From Vicinamibacterales bacterium (GTDB taxonomy: Bacteria > Acidobacteriota > Vicinamibacteria > Vicinamibacterales > 2-12-FULL-66-21), in NCBI GenBank assembly GCA_051986585.1, contig JBPYFA010000106.1, forward strand, positions 1 through 43,111: DNA of 43,111 nt, written 5' to 3'. The notes under the pieces were generated by a model that did not search any database, had not been told where the DNA came from, and saw only the letters and a list, made by a program, of their open reading frames with translations. Positions 35,764 through 43,111 of the stretch are shown here, in pieces. Each line of letters begins with the position of its first letter. Position 1 is the first letter of the stretch. The position numbers and the translations under genes are program-made.

Positions 35764-38644
35764 AAACCCCCAACCGATCCATCTTCAAATAGAGTCCGCG
35801 TCTGGTGAGGCCAAGGAGACGCGCCGTCTCCGAGATATTCCCCGAGGCCCGTTCGAGCGTCGATTGGATCATCTCGCGTTCAATTTTCTCGACCGCCGCC
35901 GCCAGCGTCGCCTTCATGTGGGGGCGCGTCCCGTCCGCCGTCAGGTTCTCGACGCCGAACATCGGCGACAGGAGGTCCGGGGTAATGGCCCCTTCGGGTG
36001 GCGCCATCGCGACCGCTCTCTGCACCTCGTTGCGCAGCTGGCGAACGTTGCCGGGCCATGCGAACGTATCGAAGATATCCAGTGTCTCCGCAGTCAGGCG
36101 AACCCCGGGTTTACCGAGCCGTTCGCACGCATCGCGCAAGAAGAAGGTTGCCAGATGGGGAATTTCCTCGCGGCGATCGCGAAGTGGCGGCACGTGAATA
36201 CGAATGACGCTCAGCCGATAGAAGAGATCCTCGCGAAACTTCCCGTCGCTGACACGGCTCTCCAGGTCGGCATTGGTCGCCGCGACCACCCGGACGTCGA
36301 CTCGCTGCGGGCGGGTGTCGCCAACGGGCAGCACTTCACCCTGCTCCAGAAACCGGAGGAGTTTCGGCTGCACGTCGAGCGGCAGGTCGCCGACTTCGTC
36401 GAGGAATAGCGTGCCGCCGACGGCGGTACGCAGGACCCCCGCCTGATCGGCGATCGCGCCGGTGAAGCTGCCGCGCCGATGGCCGAACAGCTGGCTGTCG
36501 GCCAGTTCGCGAGTCGCACTCGTGCAGTTGTAGGGGAGGAACATGTTGTCGCGTCGTGGCGATCCCGCATGGATCGCGCGGGCAACGAGATCCTTACCGG
36601 TCCCGCTTTCACCGGTGATCAGCACGGTCAGGTCGTTCCCCTGCATCCGCTGAATCTGCTCGGCCACCCGTTGCATGACCGCGCTCGTGTACACGAACCC
36701 TGGCAGCAAGGGTTCCAGCGGCCGCTCGGTGCTGCCCGCCGCCGATTCCACTTGGCGATCTCGCGCTTCGCAGAGATCGAATCCTTGTCGCAGCACCGCG
36801 CACAGCGTGCGGAAGCGTTGAAGGCCGGGTCCGGCGAGTGTCCGCTGCGATGAAAGAACCGCAAACCGGCTGCCGCCCGGGGCACGCCCGATCGGTTCAG
36901 TGATGATCTGCGGACGCCCACTCGAACCGCGCTGGGAGGCCGCCGCGAGCGCGCGGGCACTTTCCGCGTCACACCCCGCCGTGCCGAGGAGATGAATCTG
37001 ACCGCTTGGACTTCGCACGAAGAGAACCGCCGCCTGCGCGTCACACGCTTCCAGGAGCGCCGTCGCGCCATCGCGCGCCAGGAGCGCCGGCATCGCGGCC
37101 GCATCGACGATCCGCCGCACCAGCGCATCGTCGCCGTCCATCTGAACGCCGACATACCCTCCCGTGGTCACCGATGGGACCTGATTGAGGGCGGCTCGCG
37201 CGTCGGCGAGGTCGGGCTCGGCGCCGAGCGCCTCGAAGATTCGAGCCGCATCGCCGAGATACCGGGTGGCCCGCGACCGGGCGCCCGCCGCAGCGGCGAG
37301 CCGGCCGAGCTCGAGGTAACTCAAACCGGATTGATAGCCTTCGCCGAGCAGGTCGAAGACGCTCACGCTCTGTCCGAAGTCGTGATACGCCTCGGTGGCG
37401 CGCCCTGCCGCGGCATGCAGCCGCCCTCGCATCCGCAGGAACTCACCCCAGGTGCCGCTCATTCCGCCCGGTTCGACCCGACCGGCGACATTCTCGAGAC
37501 GTTGCTCCGCCATCTCGATCCGCCCCAGCACGAGCAGAGACTCGACCGCCGTCAACTCTGCCTGCAGCGCATACACGGTTGGCGCATCGCTGGACCCCGC
37601 GACTTCACCGGAAATCGCCAGCGCACTCGACGCATCGCCACGCCGTAACGCGACCCGGGCTTCGAGGGCGCGAACGGACCATTGATACCATCGGCTCGCG
37701 ACCGTGGGTCCGTAGGCCTCGCGAGCCTTCTGAAGACAACGGCTGGCCTGGTCGTGCTGCCCCCGGATCAGATGAATCTGCGCGAGCGTATCGAAGACGG
37801 CGCCAGTCGTCTCGCGCATGAAATGGAGAGGGCTCCGCACGTCGAGCGCGCGATTGAGTGCGTCCTCCGCCCGTTTCAGATTGCCAACTCGCACACAGAT
37901 CTGCCCGAGCGACGCCAGGGCGACGCCCAAGCCGTGCGGCGTCCCCGCCTGCTGCTGCAACTCAACGCTCCGCTCCGCAAGCGACAGCGCCTGTTCGTGC
38001 CGGTGGAGCATCAGCGCGACGTTGGCCTGATTGCCGCACACTGTCGCCAGAACGTCGCCGGCTTCGACGATGACGGCGAGACGCTCGGCCTGCCGCAGCG
38101 CCGCGATCGCTTCATCGAGTCGCCCTTCCTGCGCCCGGGTGACGCCCGACAACGAGTGCACCATCGCCAGATGTCGCCGATCGCCGGCCGCATGGAGGGC
38201 CGATGCAGCCTTGGTGATGTGCTCGTGAACAATCGCCATGTCGCCGACATGGCGATAGCAGAGGCCAAGCTCGTAGTGGGCGAGCCCGATGGCGCGAGAA
38301 TCGTGGGCGCGCTCCGCCTGCTGGAGCGCCTTGGTGAGGAAGGCTATACCGCGGGACGGCTCTCCGCGTGCGACCGCAAGGCGACCGTGCATTCGCCACA
38401 GATCCGAGAGCCGGGCGGGGCCCAGGCGCTCTCGGCCCACCGGCGGCGGACCAAGCGCTTCGGTCGCCTGACGCACATCGTCCTGAAGAAGCCAAGCCTC
38501 GGCCAGCGCGCACCGGATCTGGATCTGCTCGTCACGATGGAGGCCGGGCTGGCGCAGGGCTCGGACGAGAAGGGACGCGGCTTCCACGCCGGTTCCTCGT
38601 TCAAGCGCCCGGGCCGCCTGCGTGTAAAGATCGGCCGTCGCCAC
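35759..38644 (-). CDS. Sigma-54-dependent transcriptional activator (TPR repeats, AAA+ bEBP, Fis HTH)
   Basis: [49 protein letters not shown]; about 490 aa of TPR-like N-terminus. Confidence 0.92.
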   Translation of the reverse strand: MATADLYTQAARALERGTGVEAASLLVRALRQPGLHRDEQIQIRCALAEAWLLQDDVRQATEALGPPPVGRERLGPARLSDLWRMHGRLAVARGEPSRGIAFLTKALQQAERAHDSRAIGLAHYELGLCYRHVGDMAIVHEHITKAASALHAAGDRRHLAMVHSLSGVTRAQEGRLDEAIAALRQAERLAVIVEAGDVLATVCGNQANVALMLHRHEQALSLAERSVELQQQAGTPHGLGVALASLGQICVRVGNLKRAEDALNRALDVRSPLHFMRETTGAVFDTLAQIHLIRGQHDQASRCLQKAREAYGPTVASRWYQWSVRALEARVALRRGDASSALAISGEVAGSSDAPTVYALQAELTAVESLLVLGRIEMAEQRLENVAGRVEPGGMSGTWGEFLRMRGRLHAAAGRATEAYHDFGQSVSVFDLLGEGYQSGLSYLELGRLAAAAGARSRATRYLGDAARIFEALGAEPDLADARAALNQVPSVTTGGYVGVQMDGDDALVRRIVDAAAMPALLARDGATALLEACDAQAAVLFVRSPSGQIHLLGTAGCDAESARALAAASQRGSSGRPQIITEPIGRAPGGSRFAVLSSQRTLAGPGLQRFRTLCAVLRQGFDLCEARDRQVESAAGSTERPLEPLLPGFVYTSAVMQRVAEQIQRMQGNDLTVLITGESGTGKDLVARAIHAGSPRRDNMFLPYNCTSATRELADSQLFGHRRGSFTGAIADQAGVLRTAVGGTLFLDEVGDLPLDVQPKLLRFLEQGEVLPVGDTRPQRVDVRVVAATNADLESRVSDGKFREDLFYRLSVIRIHVPPLRDRREEIPHLATFFLRDACERLGKPGVRLTAETLDIFDTFAWPGNVRQLRNEVQRAVAMAPPEGAITPDLLSPMFGVENLTADGTRPHMKATLAAAVEKIEREMIQSTLERASGNISETARLLGLTRRGLYLKMDRLGVS

Positions 38645-38689
38645 GGCGCGCAGTATAGCAGGTATACAGGGAACGGTGGATAGTAAAGT

Positions 38690-38849
38690 GTCGGTTTTTG
38701 GTTCTTGGTTTTGGGTTATCAGTTTCGGTTTTCAGTTTCAGTTCTTCGTTTTCTCTTTTGGGTTGGTTCTAGGTTGTTCTTCAAAAACAACCGAAAACCA
38801 ATAACTAAAAACCAAAACTGAAAACCCAAAACTAAAAACCAAGAACTGA
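38690..38849. repeat. Inverted pair of 6/7-mer arrays (RGTTTTY then AACYRAA)
   Basis: T-rich array 38693-38770 followed by the complementary A-rich array 38789-38849. Confidence 0.88.
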
Positions 38850-38854
38850 CAGCG

Positions 38855-39745
38855 TCAGTTCCTAGAAAAGCAATACGTCAGGATTTTGTAAATCAGCTTG
38901 GCGCACAGGAAGTTTGGGGCCATGACTCCGGGGAGCGGGCTGAGTTCGACGACGTCGCAAGCGACCACCTTCTTTTTCGAAATAGTGGCGCGCAGCAATG
39001 CGAGCATCTCGTACCACGACAGCCCGCCCGGTTCCGGCGTACCGGTCGCTGGCATGATCGCGGGGTCCATGCCGTCCACATCGATCGTGATGTAAACCGG
39101 TCCGCGCAGAGTGTCGACGACGCGATCGATCCAGTTTGGATCCTTCCTCATCGTCGCGTCGTAGAAAATCTTCGTGTTCAGGCCTGGGGCCGCTTCAGCC
39201 TCTTCCGTCGACATGCTCCGTATTCCGACCTGCGTCACCGGCGCATACTCGAGACTTCGGCGCATCGCGCACGCGTGGTTGTGCGGCGTGCCCATGTAGC
39301 AGTCGCGCAGGTCGGCATGCGCGTCGATTTGCAGCACCGACAGATCTTTGAACTCGGCGGCCGCCGCCGCCACGAGCGGCGGCGTAATCGAATGCTCGCC
39401 TCCCAGGCTGACGAGGAACTTCCCGCGCGACAGGATTTCCGAGGCCACGCGCTTGATCTCGTCCATCAGCGGTGCCATCTCGCCAAACGGCAGCTCCATC
39501 GCAGGAAGCGTGAAGATGCCGACGCCGTGAACATCAGCGCCAACCTCCTCGTCCCACAACTCCATATGTGATGAGGCTTCGAGGATCTCTCGCGGTCCGT
39601 TCCGCGTTCCTGACACGTAGGACGTCGTCCGGTCTACCGGGATCGGCAGAATGACGACGCGAGAGTCTTCGAACGAACGCATCGTCGGCATCGCGCCGCC
39701 ATAGGCCAGCGGCGCGCCGTGGTCGTAGTCGAATGGGAAAGGCAT
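38855..39745 (-). CDS. speB: Agmatinase
   Basis: LGGEHSIT, QIDAHADLRD, ITIDVDGMDP, TGTPEPGG, DVVEL. Confidence 0.93.
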   Translation of the reverse strand: MPFPFDYDHGAPLAYGGAMPTMRSFEDSRVVILPIPVDRTTSYVSGTRNGPREILEASSHMELWDEEVGADVHGVGIFTLPAMELPFGEMAPLMDEIKRVASEILSRGKFLVSLGGEHSITPPLVAAAAAEFKDLSVLQIDAHADLRDCYMGTPHNHACAMRRSLEYAPVTQVGIRSMSTEEAEAAPGLNTKIFYDATMRKDPNWIDRVVDTLRGPVYITIDVDGMDPAIMPATGTPEPGGLSWYEMLALLRATISKKKVVACDVVELSPLPGVMAPNFLCAKLIYKILTYCFSRN

Positions 39746-39752
39746 AAGCAAT

Positions 39753-39861
39753 CGGTTTTCAGTTTTCGGTTTTCAGTTTTCGGTTTTCAGTTTTGGTTCT
39801 CGGTTTTTGGTTCTGAGTTTTGGCTTCGGCATTGAACATTGAGCACTGAGCATTGAACATT
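39753..39861. repeat. Compound heptamer array: alternating CGGTTTT/CAGTTTT, then CAYTGAR x4
   Basis: Fills the whole intergenic gap between the Omp85 fusion gene and speB. Confidence 0.9.
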
Positions 39862-39864
39862 TCG

Positions 39865-42678
39865 CTAGAAGGCTCGGCCAATTCGTCCGAATACCGCGAC
39901 GCCGTCCTGCGTCCCGACAGGGTCGTGGCGCCACGCGACTCCCGTGGCAAACGATAAGGGAAGCCCAAAACCGAGTACCGTGTCGAGCGACAATTCCACG
40001 CCGGTTGATAAACGAACATCGTTCCACCGGAATGCATCGTCCCACGCGTTGCCGGCGTCGGTGAAGACAGCGCCATGAATTGTACGGATGAACATCGGGA
40101 TTGTGCCAACGCCCCGTTGAACGCGCCAGAGTGGAAATCGATAATCGAGATTGGCGACGGCCGCACGAGTGCCGACGATTGTGTCTGAATCGAATCCGCG
40201 CAGCAGACCGATAGCGCCGCGACCGAAATCAAAGCCGGAGGACGCGGGACCCGGACCGGATGCGCTGAAGATTCGCCGCGCGTTCTGATCGCCCCATGTG
40301 AATGCGGTGCCCGCCCGCCCAGCAACAACCGCATGCGCCGGGCCAACCCGCTGATATCCCCGAGCGTCGAAGGTCATCGAACTATTTGTTGCGTCAGAGC
40401 CGAAGGCTTCGGGAGCGGACTCCCAGGTCAGTCGGACCGCTCCTCCGGACTCGCGGCTGATCGAGTAGCCGTAGCTCTTCGCGTTGTCAGCGCTCCATCC
40501 CATGCGAATGGCACCACGTTTCACGTTCGGCGGCGCCGGCGGATCGCAACCGTCGCACGAGAACCGGTCGTCGGATGCGTTGATCGCCGCAAGCAGATTC
40601 ACGGACCAACGAATCCGCGCGACGGTGAACAGTGCTCCCGCATTCACCTCGCGCGTTTGAATATCCCCTCCCCGCCAGGGGTCGGTGTCGTCCGATACGC
40701 TTGCAAACAATATTGGCCACCACCGATCGTACGTGTAGGTGAATGACCAGTCCGGATGAAGCCGCGAAGCGCTCCAGGCGACCGATCCGCCGTAGCCATG
40801 ACGCCCCAGCACGTCGTTCCCAGAACTCTCGGCCCCGAACAGGACTTCTCCCGCGTCCGATTCCACGATCGGCATCCAATATCTAGGAGCCAGCGTGCGC
40901 CAGGGGCGATACGCGCCAGCTGCCGCCGCCGGCACGTTCTCAGGCGAGGGCAACGCGACCTCAGCGGCCGACACACGGGGCGGCGACTCGACTTCCGACC
41001 ATGTGGCGGATGCGAGCGGCAGCGAGAACAGGTCGTAGCCGTCTGCCGTGTAGCCGACGAAGACAACGGTGGCGCCATCTGGTGAAACCACCGGTGACTG
41101 AGCCGAAGGACCGGCCCCAGTGAGTCGACGGACAGCGCCGTTGACGATGTTGACCGAGTAGATGTTGAAAGGCCGGCCACCACGGTCGGACGCGAAGAGC
41201 ACGACACTCGGCGACAACCACGACGGGGTCACGTTCCTCCCATCGCGGGACGTTGCGATGGCCCGGATACGGCCGTTCCCCGCGTCCACGACGACGATCT
41301 CGGATGGGCCACCCAGCCGACGTCGTTCGACGGCAATCGAGCGGCCGTCCGGTGACCAACGCGGAGAGGAGAAATCAGTCGCGGTCTCTGACACCAATAT
41401 CGAGGGCTGCGCGTATGAGCCCGGCGAAGGCAGCTGAAGTGTCGCCAGCGCCCGCCGATCGGCAAGTTGAATCGTACAAACGACCGTCCGACCGTTCGGG
41501 GCAAGATCCGGATCCGCGGCGCGCGCGAGATGTGTGATCCGTTGCACACGGGCACCATTCTCGCTGACCGTGTACAGGTCCGATTGAAGGGCCGCGTTGC
41601 GCACCAGTTCGAGTTGATCAAAAACGAGGAGTCCGCCACGGGCGCCGATTTGACTTCCCAGGTACCTCGTCGTCACCTCGCGAGGGTTGGCTTGACCAGG
41701 CTTCAAGGACATGAGTGCCGGGAAACCATGTGGATTGGCAATTGAATAGAAAATCGCGTTCTGGCCAAACGTCGGTGGGCCTACCGAGAACCCATGATGC
41801 GTCAAACGCGTGGCGACGTTGGCTTCTTCTCCAGCATGGTCCCGGACCTCTGCTTCGAAGTCGTTCCACAGATCGCCAAGCGACCGATGGAACAGTTTGC
41901 GAAATGCGGGCGCGCCAAAGTACGGCACACGGCCGGACGTTTCGTCGGCCAGTTTTGCGATCGACGCCGCCCCGAAGCGATCGGCAAGATACTGATGAAA
42001 ATATCCGCCGTACACATATTGCGCCGAGCCGCCCGGCCAATCGACGAGGCCACCATTCGCCCGGTCGATCGGATCGAAACGATGCGATAGCGCCGCCCGA
42101 TCGACGATCAAGCGAAAATCACCGGCCGGAATTCTCCCTTCGCCGGTCAGCACGCTCTCGTTGTAGGTGGCTATGCCCTCCACTTGCCAGAGCGGCAGGA
42201 ACAGGTTCGGATAGAGAAGCGGCGCGTGACCGAACACGTAGCGGAGCCCGCCGATCCAACCCCGCGCTTTGTCGAGATGAACGATGTGCGTGTACTCGTG
42301 AGAGAGTACCAGCCGCAGCCAGTCGTCGGTGTTGCCGATCTGGCTCGCGCCGGTCGGCGCGGCCGCGCTGATTTCGATCGTGTTGTATGGAACGGGCGTG
42401 GCCCACCCGTTCGATACGTCGTGCTGATTCACCAGAATGACGTGTACGCGACCGTTCGGCTGGCCCAGTTCGCCGGCAACACGATCGGCAACATCTTCCG
42501 CAATTGCCGCCAACCTGCGCGCCAGCGCGTCCTCTTGCTGATGAAAGTAGATGGTGAAGTGCGGCGTCGTGAGCGTTCGAAATCGAAGCCGTGGATCGTA
42601 CCGGGTCGCGGCTCCGGCAGCAGGACACACGACAACGAGGACGATGACGGCGATCAGTGCTCGACAGCCCGCGATCAC
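39865..42678 (-). CDS. Secreted fusion: gluzincin-like metallopeptidase, TolB/PD40 propeller and Omp85-like beta-barrel
   Basis: Signal peptide; HEYTH plus WQVEGIATY; PRWSPDG/PVVSPDG repeats; LLRGF lid motif, FTDAGNAW, C-terminal Phe. Confidence 0.75.
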   Translation of the reverse strand: MIAGCRALIAVIVLVVVCPAAGAATRYDPRLRFRTLTTPHFTIYFHQQEDALARRLAAIAEDVADRVAGELGQPNGRVHVILVNQHDVSNGWATPVPYNTIEISAAAPTGASQIGNTDDWLRLVLSHEYTHIVHLDKARGWIGGLRYVFGHAPLLYPNLFLPLWQVEGIATYNESVLTGEGRIPAGDFRLIVDRAALSHRFDPIDRANGGLVDWPGGSAQYVYGGYFHQYLADRFGAASIAKLADETSGRVPYFGAPAFRKLFHRSLGDLWNDFEAEVRDHAGEEANVATRLTHHGFSVGPPTFGQNAIFYSIANPHGFPALMSLKPGQANPREVTTRYLGSQIGARGGLLVFDQLELVRNAALQSDLYTVSENGARVQRITHLARAADPDLAPNGRTVVCTIQLADRRALATLQLPSPGSYAQPSILVSETATDFSSPRWSPDGRSIAVERRRLGGPSEIVVVDAGNGRIRAIATSRDGRNVTPSWLSPSVVLFASDRGGRPFNIYSVNIVNGAVRRLTGAGPSAQSPVVSPDGATVVFVGYTADGYDLFSLPLASATWSEVESPPRVSAAEVALPSPENVPAAAAGAYRPWRTLAPRYWMPIVESDAGEVLFGAESSGNDVLGRHGYGGSVAWSASRLHPDWSFTYTYDRWWPILFASVSDDTDPWRGGDIQTREVNAGALFTVARIRWSVNLLAAINASDDRFSCDGCDPPAPPNVKRGAIRMGWSADNAKSYGYSISRESGGAVRLTWESAPEAFGSDATNSSMTFDARGYQRVGPAHAVVAGRAGTAFTWGDQNARRIFSASGPGPASSGFDFGRGAIGLLRGFDSDTIVGTRAAVANLDYRFPLWRVQRGVGTIPMFIRTIHGAVFTDAGNAWDDAFRWNDVRLSTGVELSLDTVLGFGLPLSFATGVAWRHDPVGTQDGVAVFGRIGRAF

Positions 42679-43109
42679 GAACCCGACGTGCTCCCGTCCG
42701 CCTGACGGTAGACGTCTTTCAAAAACGTGAAATCCGCGATTGGCGACAGCGAAACGCCGTGGATGTCGGGTTGGAAAATTGCCACGTTCGTCTTGTACCA
42801 GAGGCTGATGTACGGCACGTCGGCGGCGATCCGCTGCTGCGCTTCCGCGTACAGCCGGCGCCGGTCATTCTCGTCCGCCGCGGCCGACGCCTCCTCGATC
42901 AACCGATCGACATCGGGATTCCGGTAACGCACGCGATTGAGGCCGGTCGGCGGCACCTGCTGCGAGTGGTAGACGAGCCGCAGAATGTCGGGATCGGTCA
43001 CGCCAACGAACTGCAGCGTGTAGAGCTGAAAATTTCCACGCAAGACGTCTGCCGAGAGCGTCTGGAACTCCGACGATCGCACATCGATCGCAATGCCGAC
43101 GCGGGCCAG
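42675..43109 (-). CDS. ABC transporter substrate-binding protein, family 5 (5' partial)
   Basis: NRVRYRNPDVDRLIE..RRRLYAEAQQRIAADVPYISLW; frame is open to the window edge. Confidence 0.85.
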   Translation of the reverse strand: MARVGIAIDVRSSEFQTLSADVLRGNFQLYTLQFVGVTDPDILRLVYHSQQVPPTGLNRVRYRNPDVDRLIEEASAAADENDRRRLYAEAQQRIAADVPYISLWYKTNVAIFQPDIHGVSLSPIADFTFLKDVYRQADGSTSGS

Positions 43110-43111
43110 AT

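Overview
GC-rich bacterial chromosomal window. Gene content and repeat style suggest a soil Acidobacteria-like genome, which is my inference. It holds about 41 protein genes: a stress cluster (SRPBCC, Zn-ADH, YciF, DUF6496), secreted hydrolases (tannase, BNR/VPS10 propeller, GH30 with 3 F5/8C domains), a crcB-DUF190-MFS-CitMHS-AtuA operon, a YagF-type dehydratase, apt, speB, a TPR sigma-54 activator and a metallopeptidase-TolB-Omp85 fusion. There is also one tRNA-Arg(CCT). I see no integrase, transposase or CRISPR array. The unusual signals are: (1) about ten intergenic 7-nt-period tandem arrays of several unrelated unit families, some arranged as inverted or nested-mirror pairs; (2) a uricase-fold protein with most catalytic residues replaced, divergent from acyP-apt; (3) a 19-bp copy of the tRNA-Arg D-arm inside a nested hairpin 3.2 kb upstream, bracketing the GH30 gene; (4) sigma-54 -24/-12 motifs before several small genes and identical ECF42-type motifs before both DGPF genes; (5) apparent leaderless genes. 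All calls come from reading motifs by eye; no searches were run.
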